This document shows, piece after piece, positions 12,517 to 26,430 of a DNA stretch of 64,000 bases; position 1 is the stretch's first letter; each line of letters begins with the position of its first letter. Location: assembly GCA_028534125.1 (NCBI GenBank), contig CM052816.1, positions 1,736,001-1,800,000 on the forward strand. Direction: 5' to 3'. The position numbers and the translations under genes were made by a program. The DNA is from Lama glama. Its lineage: Eukaryota. Under the pieces are notes generated by a model that was given only the letters and a program-made list of their open reading frames with translations, had not been told where the DNA came from and did not search any database.

Positions 12517-13639
12517 CAGAAACTAGACAGCACAGATCTAGAGTTCCTATGTCTTTGATTCTAGCATCAGCTGGGAATGGATGGCATCTCTCAGTCTCCA
12601 TTTCAGTCTTTCAGGACAGAGAATCTATTTGGCCCCTATTGACTTGTGTTCATAGCTCATCCTGCCAGCCTTGGCCAGGAAGGCAAGGATTACATCCTAT
12701 AAACACAGTGGCCAGAGAAGGTAGTTCTCAGAGAAGAGGGTGGAGGGCTGGCCTGGGTCTCAAGGATACATAATACAACATTTACAGAGGACTTGTTAGG
12801 AAGAAACATCGAATGTCATCTGAATTCTCTGGAAGATTCCAGAAGTGCTCAGCAATCTTGCATCTGGGGGATGCAAGACAGAGATGCTCCCTAAGACAAA
12901 ACAACCCAAGAATAGTGTGCTGCCACCTGGGGAGACAAAACCGACCATGTATCCTTAATTCAAGAGTGACCCAGAGCCGTACAGAGAGAAGACACTGCCA
13001 TGCAAGACAAACTCAGTGCTGGATCAGTAGTCCGGGCAGAGGCTGGGGAACAGGCATCGTCATGATCTCTTGCTCAGTGTTCAACTTCAAGAGCAAAACG
13101 AATCCAGGAAGGACCATCCCGTGCAGCTTGGGGCTCTGCCCTGGCCCTCGGGCCCCCCAGGCCTCGAGACCATGCCATTCGCCAACATTAAGAGCTCCTC
13201 TTTAGACAGATGCCTCTCAGTTACACAGTGTTTGTGGGAACATCCAGTAATCTCTGGCTTTGTTTGTGGAAGCTCTTTAATATGAAGAAGGCTTAAGTCC
13301 CTAATGAGAGCAGAGGAAACAGCTGTGCTTTCTCTCCTCAGGACCCCAGGGCCTCTAAGGAACACATGCCCCTTACTTAATCAGCTACATCCATTTTATG
13401 AGGTGACTGCATCAACTGTTTGTCACAGCTCCTCAGCCAAACATGTCCACTTAGCCTTTAGGTGATAACAGTGACAGAGAAAGGTGGCCACCACTGCACA
13501 TGGTAAGTCCTCTGAGAAGAGCAAACAATGGGGAGAGGGTGGAAAGGCAGTAGGGTGAGCTTACCAGGAGCCAGCCTCTTCAGCTAAGGCCAAGCCAGAC
13601 TACAGTGCTTCTCAAAGTGCAGTCTAAGGATATGGCTTT

Positions 13640-14140
13640 CTGCTGCTTAGATACTTTCTGAGGCTTCACACCACTCTTAGGATAACATTCAAACTCATTA
13701 TCATAGCCTACAAGGTCTTACATGCCTACCTCTCTGACCTCATCTTGTAGCTCACTTTAGTCCAATACTGGTTCTCCTCTTTGTTCCATGAACACGGCAA
13801 TCCCACAGAACGTTTGCCCAGAACCCTCTTACCTAGCTCTTTGCATGGCTGGTTCATTCTCGAATCAATTCAAATGTCAACTCTTCAAAGAGGCTTCCCC
13901 TGACCCCCAAGCAAAACGTAATCCCTTACCTTTCACTGCAGGCCATTCTTCAACACATCACCTACTTCATAACCTTCTGCCCAACTTGGAAAGATATTTA
14001 TTCATCTTTATCTTCTCCACTGGGGTGTAAGCTCCTTACAGGGAAGGATATGTGTAGCTTATTTACTGCTGAGGCCCAGGGTCCAAAACAGTGAATGGCA
14101 CATAGTAGGATCTGAAGAAATATTTGTTGAGTAAATGAAC
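13640..14140 (+). mobile_element. L2 LINE 3' portion
   Basis: caaatgtcaactcttcaaagaggcttccc...ggcacatagtagg...atatttgttgagtaaatgaa. Confidence 0.85.
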
Positions 14141-14149
14141 CAACTCTCT

Positions 14150-14262
14150 TGTGTGCCCCAGACCCGTTAAATCATATCCTCTGGGAGCAGTGCCTGGAAT
14201 CAGCATTTTTCACAAGTGCCTCAGATGATTTGTATACATCTTGGGGTTTGAGGAAAATTGCA
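14150..14262 (+). mobile_element. MER5-type hAT MITE 3' half (probable 5' end at 13603-13631)
   Basis: ggaatcagcatttttcacaagtgcctcagatgatt...tttgagga; 5' end cagtgcttctcaaagtgcagtc lies just upstream of the L2. Confidence 0.6.
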
Positions 14263-16112
14263 TTATTCTCACCTGCCTAGTCAACAGCTGATCTTTCCCT
14301 CTTATTCTCAACCTGAAGGTTCTGTTTTGCCCGAGACTCCAAGACACACTGGAGAGAATTTAAGGCTCCTCCAGGTTTGTGGCTCAATTTGTCCTTTCTG
14401 TGAATATTCTTTGAACAATGATGCATAAGGGGTGTGGGGTAACAAGAGCCAAATGGGTCTTCCTCATTGCTTGTCCCCACACTTGAAGACTACCTGACAT
14501 GCAGAGGGCCTAAAAGGAGTATCGATCAGTAAAGAAATGAGCACGAATATGAGTTCCAGGCAATGTGCTGGACACCAGACATGACAGATCTGCATATAAC
14601 TACAAGTTGCTCAAAGTCTAGAGGGAAGACAAAAATGAAAAGCTATCATTAGAATAAAAACTATACATACAAGGTGCTGTGGGTTCACAGTGAAGGGAAA
14701 TTTTGAGTCACACAGTGTTTTATTCCTTCTGCCTCCCTTGGATAACCTCTCCTATAAACTAAATGTAAGATATTTTAAAAGTTTTCTTGAGATATAGTAG
14801 AGAATAGTAGTTTGTTATGTGGCTCCATCATTTTCTTATTTATTGTGCAAAATTAAGGAAACTTCTCTAGGTCTCAATTTTCTCATGTACCAACTTCACA
14901 GGGCTGAGGTGGGAATTGTATAAATTAACACACATGAAAAGCTTAGCCCAGTACCTGAGATATAATAAGCACTCAAAATATATCAGCTATTATTGCCATG
15001 TAGTTTCAACTTCCTCTAAACCCCGTGTCCAGGCCCTACTTCACGTATATGGGGGAAAAATGCATTTTTACAAATTCATTTACCAAAAGCTACAGCCAAA
15101 GGGAAGATCAGTCTCAGTTTGTGCCCAAGTTAATACAAATCCCAGGTTAGTGCAGTCTGAAATTAATTGGCTTTCTTCTCCTTGTGACATTGTAATTTAG
15201 AATGAAAGTCTTTTAAATGGGAGAGGAATTTCTGTTGTGTCACATAGAATGGCATCCTCATAGGTTGCTGAAACCTTCGCAAAGAGAAAAAAAATCTACT
15301 ATAATACAATCACACATACAAACCAAAATCTTTTGTTATGGGAAACTTTGACATCAGTGAAAAAGAACTCTTCCATGGATAGATGATTGTCCATGCCTTG
15401 GAGAGGCTTTGAACCCCACAAAGTGTGGAGACAGTGGGTTTGTTAGTAATGCTCCAGTAGCCAGTAAATTCCTGGACAACAGGATCTGGGCTTTGTGGCT
15501 GCAGAGACCACAGGTCCTGGCTTACCAATGACGGTCTCAGTTTACGCCCATCATTATTATTTAATTAATAGTATTTTCTTGGACTCTCAAAATTATCTCA
15601 GTTTGGGTGACAATTATGTGGTCATGGTTCTTTGCGTCTCCCCAGTGGAGACCCAATATGGGTCCAATATGGAAGAATGTGATGAAAACTACATGTGCAA
15701 AGCCCTTGCTATGTGCTGATCACTCACCATGCATTATTTATTCACTCCTCCCAGCAGGGCTCAGATAAGACTTCTAGAAGACCTGGGCACAGGAAAGATG
15801 ACAGTGCACCCCCTCAACCATATTTAACATAAAAATAACTACAGGGGTAAGTCAAGTTTTAAAACTCTGCATGCATTTTGAAATTAAAATAGCCTTTTTC
15901 TCAATGTGTCATTGAAAATTCAGAATTCATTCATCAAAGCTAAGCTTTTCACTTTTCTTTTCCTTCTTCACTGGTACCTTGAGGACATAGTCAGTCTGCC
16001 TGTGCTCACATATCTAGACCTGTTCACAATAACCCAGCAAGGTAGGAGTCCTTGACCCATTTTACAGATAAGATAACTGAGATTTGGAGAAATCCCCCAC
16101 TGTCACATGCTA

Positions 16113-16288
16113 AATATTTCCTTGATTCTAAAAATCATGTTTATTCCCCCTCACATTTTAACATCTCTGGAGTAAAGACAATCTCACAACTGATGTACAT
16201 TTTTCATGTAGTAGATCTCCTCAGCCCATTTTTATTATTTTATTGATGTTTCTTATACCTGAGAGGTTTTTAAGTCCAGGATATACAA
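16113..16288 (+). mobile_element. MER104-like TcMar-Tc2 MITE within a MIR
   Basis: tatttccttgattctaa...tcacattttaacatctctgga...tctcacaactgatg matches the recalled MER104 consensus. Confidence 0.6.
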
Positions 16289-16329
16289 TGAACGGGGGAG
16301 CTGACATTCAAATCTGTTCCACCTGATTC

Positions 16330-16840
16330 CTTTATGTCCTCAGGAAGTGTTATCCATTATTATTAGTCATCTCTTCAACTTCATTTGGGGCCACTTCCCC
16401 ACCACAAGCATGCGCGCGCACGCACACACACACATGCTCCCCAGCCATGTTGCTTTTTTCCAGTCATTCCAACAAGACAAGTTCTTTACATATCTGCAGA
16501 GTCTTCACACAACTGTTCCTTCTTCCTGGAATACTCTTCCTCTCCCCTTTGAAGGGCCAATTCATGTTCATGCTATGAGCCTTACCTAAATTATCACCTC
16601 CTCAAAGAGGCCTTTCCTGGCCCTCTTCAAATGAGTCTCATTCTCTATTATATTTCTCTGCTTATTTCTCTCCTAGCCCTCATTGGAATCTAAAATGGAC
16701 TTATTTACTCATTTGTTCATTTATGTGCTTACTTCCTGCCACCACCCCTCTCAGGGATGTTAACTGTCTTGCTAGTCTTGTGTCCCTGCACCTAGCACAG
16801 CACCTGGGATGATGGATGCTCAATAAAGATTTGTTGAATT
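16330..16840 (+). mobile_element. L2 LINE 3' portion
   Basis: atcacctcctcaaagaggcctttcctg...cctagcacagcacctgg...ctcaataaagatttgttgaat. Confidence 0.8.
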
Positions 16841-17439
16841 GCATTTCCCAGACTCAGTCAATGAAAACTTCAGATTCTAAATCCAGGTCAGGTTACAGCC
16901 GGAGGCCCCACATGGAAGGGGAAACGGCTTATTGTGCAAATGAATTTCTCTCCCACAGGAACTTCAGTCCCCAGCAAGAGCTCTGAGCCTGTGGCTCTGA
17001 ATTCCATCCCAGGCACCCCCTCCCATGTATCTCCTGGCAGCCATGCCCAGAAAATAGAGTTAGGGCGTCATGCTTGTGGATTTGATGATTTGGGTCCCTT
17101 TCTGACATCCCGAGGGGAAGCAGGAGTCTTCCAATGTACATTTGCTCAGAAAGCAATGAAAGCTGCCTCACAAAACTCTCATTACTTGTGCTGTTTGGGG
17201 AGCAACAGTTTTACTGAAGGCCTCACCACATGGCTTCCTAAACAAAACATTTTCAAACTGATGCCTGTGGGATTTGGAGAACTCAGAATTAGGTTGGGGA
17301 CTTTCCTGTCTTTGACAGAGACAGAGTGCCTAAGAGTCATCTACAGATCTCAGTTAAAAATGTACATCCCCAGTATCCCACTCTCTGAGAGTCTAAGTCA
17401 ATGAAACTTGTTGCTGTAGTAGATATTCAGATATATAGA

Positions 17440-17630
17440 TATAGATAAATCTTTTCTAACTGCCAATATGCTAGGTGCTGTGGCAAGCAGCTTTATATAC
17501 ATTATGTGATTTAATCCAGTTAAAAACCCTGTGTTATAGGCACTTCTTTCTCCCTCTTTAGAAAGAACCTGGGGCTGGGAGAAATGAAGTACTTTCCCGA
17601 GGTCATACAGCTCCCAAGTGGAGCTAGGAA
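17440..17630 (-). mobile_element. MIR SINE
   Basis: Antisense MIR: gaggtcatacagctcccaagtggagctagga. Confidence 0.7.
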
Positions 17631-17634
17631 GCCT

Positions 17635-18032
17635 GGCTACTCAAAGTCTGGTCCGTGGGCCAGCAGCTTCAGCATCACCTGGAATTTTGTAAGGAATGCA
17701 GGCTCTCGGGCCCCACTCCAGACCTCCTGAATCTAAATCTGCATTTTAACAAGATCCTCAACTACCTCATGTGCACGTTTATGTCTGAGAACCCTACTCT
17801 GGCTTATGTGACTCAGCGCTGGCATCTCTGTCTCTCTCTCCTCTTCTCCAGTAGTTCAAACATGAGTTGCCACAGGAGTCACCTGGGATCCTTATGAAGC
17901 AGGGAGTTATCCAGGCTCCACCTCCAGAAGCTCTGACTCAGTGGGTGGGTTGAGGCCCTGGCCTCTGTATTTCTAACAGCAGTCCAGGTGGCTCTGAGGT
18001 GGGTGGTTTGAGGATCAGACTTTGAGAAACAC
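17635..18032. mobile_element. Two adjacent MER5-type hAT MITEs (about 17635-17797 and 17850-18032), apparently opposite in orientation
   Basis: ctcaaagtctggtcc...cagcatcacctgg...tctgcattttaacaagatcc; second copy ends gatcagactttgagaaacac. Confidence 0.75.
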
Positions 18033-18062
18033 ATGCAGAAAAGGCATAAGGCTCCCCCTGCT

Positions 18063-18495
18063 TTTACTCAGCAATAGAAAAGAATGAAATTTCACCATTT
18101 GCAGCAACATGGATGGACTTGGAGGGCACTTATGCTAAGTGAAATAAGACAAAGACATACTGTATGAGATCACTTACACTTGGGATCTAAAAAATACAAC
18201 AAATCAGTGAGTATAACAAAAAAGAAGCAGACACATACATAAAGAACAAACTAGTGGTTACCAGTGGTGAGAGGGAGGTGGGGGAGGGGCAGTTGAGAGG
18301 TGAAGGAGTAAAAGGTACAAACTATTAGATATAAAGTAGGTTATAAGGATACAGTGTACAACAGAGGGAATATAGCCAATATTTTATAATATTTATAAAT
18401 GGAGTATAACCTTTGAAACTTGTGAATCACTATATTGTACACCTGTAACATATAAGACTATATAGCAATTATACCTAAGTTTGAAAAGTAAAAAG
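18063..18495 (+). mobile_element. L1 3' end (ORF2 tail and 3'UTR)
   Basis: actcagcaatagaaaagaatgaaat...catttgcagcaacatggatggacttggaggg...gaatcactatattgtacacctg. Confidence 0.92.
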
Positions 18496-18649
18496 ACTGG
18501 GGACAAAAAATGAAGGGGTGTCAGCCTCCCTTTCCTTATCTGTTAAGAGTGAAACAGATCATTTTTAAAATGAGCTTCCATCTATAAAGACCATGCTGTT
18601 AAGATGGGTTCCCATATTTGTGATAAGGAGAGAGGGTAGACCCCTCAAA

Positions 18650-20290
18650 ACGTTGAAACTTGAAGGTAGAAGGACTTTACAGATCACGGAGTCAAAGCCC
18701 TTCCTTTTGCAGGTAAGAAAATTGAGGTTCAAGGATAGCAGGTAACCTGCCTATGGTCACGTGGCTCCTGGGGACAGAGCTAAACCCAGAACCCAGGACT
18801 CCTGATTCTTTTCACCAAAACACAGACCAGCAAACACACTGCTCAGCAGTAGGAACAACATAAGGACAATCATGAGGCTCTTAGCATGAACCAGGCATAG
18901 TTGTAAGTGCTGTTACAAATGAACTCAACAACCCATGAGGTATCCCCAGTATTCTGATGAAGATACTGAGGCACGGAGAAGATAAGCCACCTGCTCAGCT
19001 AGTAAGTGGTAGATCCAGGATTCAAATCCAGACAGTGTGGCTTTAGAGTCCAGACACTTAAGGCACTTAAGAAGCAAAGATGAATGAAAGAATGGCTGAG
19101 CTAATTAATCAGTTAAATATTAAATGCTCGCTAATTGTTCTGGGACATACCCTTTCTGGTTTTTCCTTCTTTTTGTCCCCAAACAAATGAGCTCAGAAGC
19201 AGGTTAGCTTTGAAATGCATTACTGCCTTGTGAGCATCTGATGAAGAGCGTGGGAGTTGGGAGTCACAGACTTGAATGCAAACCCAGCTTTTCTGCTCAT
19301 TAGCTGTGTAACTTTGAGAAAGCCACAGACCTACTTAAATGTTAGTTTCCATATATACAAAACAGAAATAATAACAGTTACAATGTCCAAAGGTGGAGGC
19401 AATGAAAGTAAGAGGATGCTATTAAAATGCATTATTATTTTAAGCACTGACACACATTTTTACAGCCCATGTTTAGTTTTTAAGTGAATTTGAAGTTGTT
19501 TTAATTGTTTTAAAGCCCCCTGAGGGTAAAGGACTGTTCCTTGACCTTCCTTATCATTACCACAATCCCCAACTGGACAGATTCATGAGCCCTGCTCAGT
19601 GATAGGGATCAGCCCCAGTCATTGTTACTATGTTTACATACCAAGGGAGGGAAGAAACTATTCTTCAAGGCATAGTTTCCCTGACCCATGCCTCACCCAG
19701 TCTCTCCTTTTACAGAGAGAATGCAGAAATGTGCAGAGAAATTTCTACCAAACTGCAGAAGATGAATTTTGCTTTAGAGAAAAGTTACCTTGAAAAAGAA
19801 CTGGGCGGAGCAGCGCCAGCACGCTTGTCCCACCCCGGTTTGCAGCCTTAGGAAAATCACTTGTTCTCTCTGGGTCTCTGTTTCTCTCCTTGTAAAGTAA
19901 GCAGGATGGTTGCTGAGCTCTCTCGGGGCTCAGGCCAGTATTAACATTCTAATTCTTTGCATCTTTATTCAATGACTCTCAAATTGCCCATTTACCCTTC
20001 TTAAGCTTCACTGTGGGACACTGATGGGGAACAACAGGTTCTTATCAAATGAGAGGCCCATAAAAATTATTAAATATAACATTTAAATTTTTAAAACCAT
20101 TAGGGCTACTACATATTGAGCACCTACTATGTGTCACATAATGCACTGGTACTTAACACACATATGTAACTTTCACAACCCTTAAAGGTGGGTATCCCTG
20201 CTCTGATTTTACAGATGAGAAACTGAGACTCAGCAGGCATAAGATACATGCCCATAAGAGGCATAGGTGGGATCTGAATCCAGTTTTTTT
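18650..20290. mobile_element. Cluster of MIR fragments (about 18650-18810 -, 18860-19060 -, 19245-19440 +, 20100-20290 -)
   Basis: Repeated MIR core motifs, e.g. ttacagatgagaaactgagactcag, ggattcaaatccagacagtgtggctttagagtc. Confidence 0.75.
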
Positions 20291-20399
20291 GTGATTCAGC
20301 AATGGTAAATAATGTGTCATATACTACAATTTATCTGAGTGTAGGAACAACTTCAACACGTGAAACATTATCTAGATCAGTATCTATGCAATAGAAAGA

Positions 20400-22178
20400 T
20401 GAATCATTTAATTTTTAAGTGGTTACTTGTAGCAAGAAGGACGGAATTGGGTGGAGGTGACAGGGACTTTTCAAAAATGTATCTTGTTTTACAAAGCACT
20501 CTCTAAAAACTCAAGGTAAAATGAAGCAAAGAAACTTAACCATGTAACCAGTTGTTGACATAACCACATAGAGAGGAACTATTCAAAGCCACTTTTATTA
20601 AAGCACAGTCAGCTGAGAGAATGCTGCACATCCCTACTAAGACATATTCTAAGGACAAAAGGAACGAGGGTGGGAAGGAGCAGTTTTTATTAACTGTCCT
20701 GGTGGCAGAAGTGTTGGTATTGTTATTCTGAGACGGCCTTGGGATAAGTCAAACGAATAATTTTGTATCACAGAAAACTTAGATTTTCAACATGGGAGAA
20801 AGGAAATACAGGTGTAAGATAGATGGTAGTGAGTAAAAACGGTGTAATGCTGATTTTGAATAAAAACTATCTGTATGATACATATTTCCAAGGTCTATCC
20901 ATAAAAAAAAAAAGGGGCCTAAAAACAACAGTCACTCCTTGTGTCTAGACTGTTATCTCTAAACACCACTTCTCACTAAAAGAAACCAAGGCTCTTCAGA
21001 GAAATGACTGATTTCATGTCTGGGGCAGGCAATGTACAAAATGAGCCTGGAAAATCTGTCATAGTGAGGAGGCTATCAAAGATTACGAGGACTGTGTCAA
21101 AAGGACTTAGAAGCCAGCTTGAAGAGACTCCCACCAGCCAAAGAGGGAATAATCCAAGCACCTAACCAATGAATCACATCTAATATATTTAAATTCATGA
21201 TATTTAAAAACACTCATTAATCACCCTTGGAGGTTGCTGTGGAACCAACATATTACTTAGAAAGCTGGTAAATAAAGGAGAAGAGCTGAGTACAAGAACT
21301 ATGCCTCAGCATAACCAAACACTGACGAGGGAAAGTTTCTCTGCAGAGGTATTCTAGCTAATTTTAAAAAAGAGGAAATACAGAATCAGTCCATGTCATT
21401 TTGCAATATGAATTAATGAATCTAAGCCACGATCAGCAGCTGCTCACATTGCAGAGAGACAATCAGATACTGTGCACCTCATGACAGAAGAACAGAGCGC
21501 CACCAATGAAACAGCCTTGCCAAAAAAAAAAAATTGATTGTGAATATAATCAAAGTTCAACATCTGACTACCAATTTACAGTAAGCACAAGGGAAAAGGA
21601 ATCTGTTAAATGTCACCACACAGAGATGTCATCAGTAAGATCAAGGTGTGAGAAACTCTACAGGACAACTCGCTCAGTTTCCTCTACAAAATGCTTGCAA
21701 GAAAAAATTTTTAAAAGAGAGCAATGGAGGGGGAACCTATAGATTACAAGCAGCTTAAAATGCGTAGTAATCCATCACAATGTATGGACTTTATTTGGGT
21801 TCTGATTCAAGTAAACAAATTAAACAGAAACTTTTAAAATAAGACAATTAGGGAAAAGTGCACACGTATCTATTAATCATTTGATGAATGCATCATGACA
21901 TACATCATAATTATAAATGTGATGGTATTTCTAATTGTTAATATTTCTAAGCTAATTTTTTTTTAAATTAAAGGAGTCCCTGTCTTTTGAAGAATGGTAC
22001 TAAGGTATTTACAGATGAAATTACATGCTGTCTAGGATTGGCTTCGGAATGATACAGGGGAGAGAGGCTGGGGACCTTGACAAAACAAGACTGGCCACGA
22101 GATGATCATTGCTGGCTTTATGATACTATTCATTTTTTGAGTAAGTTTGAAATTTTCCACAATAAGAAAGTTAAAAGC
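20400..22178 (+). mobile_element. Old L1M (L1MC/L1MD-type) long 3'UTR
   Basis: gtcaaaaggacttagaagccagcttgaagagactccc; acaatgtatggactttatttgg; ends gtttgaaattttccacaataagaaagttaaaa. Confidence 0.75.
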
Positions 22179-22699
22179 AACACTCTCACCATGCCTCGAA
22201 TGGAGAATTCTAATGTGTGGCCCCTGTTTCTGTGTCTCGGGGAGCTGACAGTGACTCATGCGCCAGCTTAGAACAGCATACACTTGAGTGAAGAAGCCTG
22301 CTCTCCCCAGCCTCATCCTGTTTCCAGCCATCGATCTCCAGAGCCATGGTCTCACTGCCCCCAGGGTAAGAGCAGAACAAGAGGAGAGGCTTGAAAGTGA
22401 AAGCAAATGCCCAAATTATATTCTCAGCTGCAGAAATCAATACTCCTCTTCAGAGCCTGAGGCGAGAGAAGGCACCCCAGCCTGAACTCTGGGGGCAAAA
22501 GCAAGCTCTGTCTGCCTCTGCCATGGCTTTCTCCGAGTGCCACAAGCTGCCTCCCAGGGCTCACGCACTTTTGGTTGGTCCAGACACCCTGCATGTTCCA
22601 CAGGCTCCCAGGGCGGTTAGTTGCTGACAGAAAAGGATCTGGCCACCAGTTCAGAGTCATTTTCTTCCCAGAACCTTGGCAGAACCCTTCACAGTTTTC

Positions 22700-23412
22700 T
22701 CTAACTCCACATTTGTCACTTGGTCACAGCACTGCCACCAGTTGCCTAGACAACTGTAGAGCATCCTCACCATCCTCCCTCCATCCCTCCTCCTCTGCTT
22801 CTCCCACTTACCACCTACCCCTCCAAGCCACTTGACTCTCCATATTACAGTCAGAGTGACCTTCTCAAAGCCCAAACCTTATTAGACCAGCTTGTCCTGG
22901 CTTCAAACCCATTACTCTGAGGCTGAAGACTCAGTTCCTTTAACACAGCTTCATGGGTCTACAGTGGTCTGTCCTCCTCCAGCCTCCTCTCATACCACAG
23001 ACTCCACCGTCTCCACTCCCCAACCACACTGGTTTTCCCACCACAGAGACCCTGCACATACCCATTACTCTTGTATTCATTTATTTATTCAAAAACCAAT
23101 ATTACTTGAGGAGCTACCATCTGCGAGGCACTTAAACTTAAGTGCCTTCTTGGATTCTTCAGATCTCAGCTTGAGTACTAACTTTTCAGGTAAGTCTTCT
23201 CTGACTTTCTTGATTATGACTTTGCTCCCTGTTTTTATGCTCTCATAGCATCAAACACCTCCCTACGTAGCCCTCTGACTTATGCACGTGCCTGTGTAGC
23301 TAGCTGATTTCTTTCTCCTGCCACTCAATTATAAACTCACAAAGTTAAAGATTATGTCTGATTTTGCCATTAATATCCCCAAGAACTTAGGTCTGTGCCT
23401 TGGACATGGTAG
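22700..23412 (+). mobile_element. L2 LINE fragment(s)
   Basis: cagagtgaccttctcaaagcccaaa...gtgccttggacatggtagg. Confidence 0.65.
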
Positions 23413-23414
23413 GT

Positions 23415-23845
23415 TTTGGTGGAGTAAAGATGGCCATAAATTCTCTGCAGTTCATCATCAAAAAATGCACTCTATTTAACCTCCCCTTAAATCTGGACTA
23501 GCCCTAGGACTTGCTTTGGCCAAAAGAATGCTGCAGAAATGAGACTAACTCCTGAGGCTGTGCCTTAAAAAAGACCCATGGCTTCTGCCTTGGCCACTTA
23601 GAGAGACTCTTTTAGGAATCTGGCAGACATGCTGTGAGGGAGCCCAAGCAGCCATGGGGAAGGGCTCACATCAAAGAAGAGAGAGTCCCTCATGACCAGT
23701 TGGCATCTGGTCACCCTAGCCAACACCATGTGAAGCAGAAGAACCTCTCAGTCAACCCACAAGATCTTGAGAGAGACTCAGTTATTGTTGTTTTAGGCCA
23801 CTGAGGTTTGGCATGGTTTGTTAATAATAATAGATAACCAAAAAT
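23415..23845 (+). mobile_element. MaLR solo LTR (MLT1-type)
   Basis: gacttgctttggccaaaagaatg...ttgttgttttaggccactgaggtttgg...aatagataacc. Confidence 0.8.
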
Positions 23846-24889
23846 CAGAGGTTTGGCAAATACTTGTAAAATCACCGAAGTGCCTCTTGTTCTCAACTCT
23901 CACTCTTCAAGTCCAATGGGAGGTGTTACATGTTCCACCTGTGGTTAGACGAGGTTAGAGTCCTGCTGTAACTTAGTCAAAAGACATAGAAGTCAGCACT
24001 GAAGGACTGGGAAAACTTCTCAGTCAAGCATCCAGGGCCGAAGAGACCCCGACCACCAGGAAAACGAGGTGGAGCTGGCAAGGCAGCCCAATTTGTCATT
24101 GCAAAGTCCTGTGGGGAGCCCTGGGGCTCAGCAGCACCACAACCCCATCGCCCGGGGGCCTCTTCAGGCCCTTTCGAGCCACCTCTGGCACTCCTGAGAC
24201 AGAGAGCCACCCCCAAGAGGGAGCGGTCATCCCCACAAAGGGGCTGTCTGCTCAGACTCTGCAATTGGCTGATCAGCGTTCATACTCTGTTGCTGCGACC
24301 AGTCTTAGAGAGAATGCTGTACTTTGTCGTTCAGAGCTTTACCAAGGATGGCATTTCAGGGAATCAGTTCAGTCTCAGCGTCACTGCTCACAGTACTTAC
24401 TTCATTCCTCCAACACCAAGCTAGGAGTCTGCACCTGCAGCTGTTGTATTCAAGGAGATTCCACACACAGTTCCAACCATCACCTACTTCCTAGTGCTAG
24501 AATAGTCACGTATGGGCATTTCCACATGGAAATACGTATTATTTTATTTTTAAATTATTTTTCTTTTCTTTTTGTTTATATTACAGGTGGGCATTACATT
24601 GTCTTTTAAAATTATGTATCTAAATGAATATTATGTTTGAACTTAACTTCACAATAATAAAAGAGGGTTAAAATTTTTGTTATGAACTGATATTCTGCAC
24701 CTGTTGGGGCTGACAGCAAGCCCTGTGTATCAGAACTTCAGCTGCGTGGCTTTAAATTACTCACCCTCTGCGAGCCTCAAATTCTCTATCTGTACAACAG
24801 GTACAGTATCAGTGCCTACCTGATAGGCTTGGTGTGAGGATTAAAGAATAGCAATAGGCTTAATACATGGAGTTATTTTAACTAATTAC

Positions 24890-25408
24890 ATAAAAGTTCC
24901 TCTTCACAGCTTTATCTAACTGAAACTGGGCCTCAGCTTAGTACACAAGCTCCTGGTGACTAGACCCCACCCACATCACACCACCATGAATCCTGTGGTC
25001 CAACCACACTTAAAAACATGCAGTCTCCTGAGAGGTTTGGGCAGTTCCAAGGCCCCAGCCGTGTGCATACTGTCCTCTCTGCCTAGAAGGCCCTTTCTGT
25101 GATCCCACACCTTCCACTTCTTTCCACAAGACTCAATTTAACTGGCACCTCTTCCAGGAAGCCTTCTCCCAACAACTAACCTGATGTCACTGTTTCTCCT
25201 TTATGCCCCACACACCATGTTTCCTGCATGCCTCATAGCTACATTATAATTAATAGCTCGTTTACGCATCTCCCATATTAGACTATGAGCCCCTTGAGAT
25301 CACAGAGGATTTTTTTGTGCCTTTGAATTTTGGCACATGAGTTGGTGCTCAATAAATGTTTGTTGATTGACTGAAAGAATCAATGAGTGAGTGACTGAAG
25401 GAATAAAT
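24890..25408 (+). mobile_element. L2 LINE 3' portion
   Basis: cacctcttccaggaagccttctc...gctcaataaatgtttgttgattgactgaa. Confidence 0.8.
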
Positions 25409-26294
25409 GGTACCATTTCCCTAGAAACTCTCTCAAGGGCTGACAAGTAACAGAATCACACCTAAAACGTAGGTCTTAAAACATTCAGTCCAGGGTGCCT
25501 TCTTGTAGTAATCCAGCTCACTACAGTGGTTTGGCCTGGTCAACACTACAGAACAAATGTGTTCCCTCTTGGGAAATTTTATTTCCAATGCCAGGATTCC
25601 CAGCTGTCTTGGACAAAGTGCTACTTTCAAGACGATGAGGAGAAGCGATATAAAAACGAGAGGGCCCAGGAGGTGCAAAGGTTCTCAGGATCAAATACCC
25701 ACTGGGTTTCCAGTATACCAGTCGGCTCTTCTTAGATCTTCTCCTGAGGGTTAGCCCTGGTGAGGATCTCACCTGCCCCCACCTGGCCCTATTATTCTAG
25801 GTAATTCGTCTCCCCAGGAAGTGCCTGATGGACCATAAAGGCACTCACTTAAGATTCTACCTTGACAACCACCAATAATTGCCAGTCTCAACCAAGACTG
25901 AGAGAAGCATCAGCAGTTCCCCTTTTCTCAAATCTGTGGCTGCCAGGCTACCAGTCAGTAGTAACCAGATTTTTAGCGAAGAGGGTCACAGCCCAGGGTC
26001 CTAATTTCAGGACCACTGGCAGAGTGGACTTGGGTATTTGTTTCTCCAGGTCCAGATGCTCATTTCAAGTGTTCATATTCTAGCGTGTCCGGTATCTGTT
26101 TTATATTCCTGCCTTGCTTCCTTTCTGGGGAAGGAAGTAGAAACAGTGCACACCTGGGAGTGGTGGTTCCACTGTTCACCAGCTGTGTGGCCTCGAAGAG
26201 TCACACAACCACTCAGGGCTCCAGTTGTCCTATTTGTAAAAGGACGGGATTCAAATTTATCTCTAAGGTTGCTTCTAGTTTGAGCACTGCACAA

Positions 26295-26430
26295 CCTTGC
26301 TACGCAGTGTTGTCCACAGACCAGCGGCATTAGCATCACCTGGGATCTTGTCAGAAATACAGTCTCAGGCTTCTGCATTTTACCAAGACCTCCAGGGAAT
26401 TCCTGTACCTTCAAGTTTAGGGAACATGGC
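26295..26430 (+). mobile_element. MER5-type hAT MITE
   Basis: gaccagcggcattagcatcacctgggatcttgtcagaaatacag...ctgcattttaccaag. Confidence 0.7.

Noticed and set aside
19716..19851. Possible coding exon after a good acceptor (RENAEMCREISTKLQKMNFALEK...)
   Set aside because: No recognisable homology and no convincing donor before the stop.
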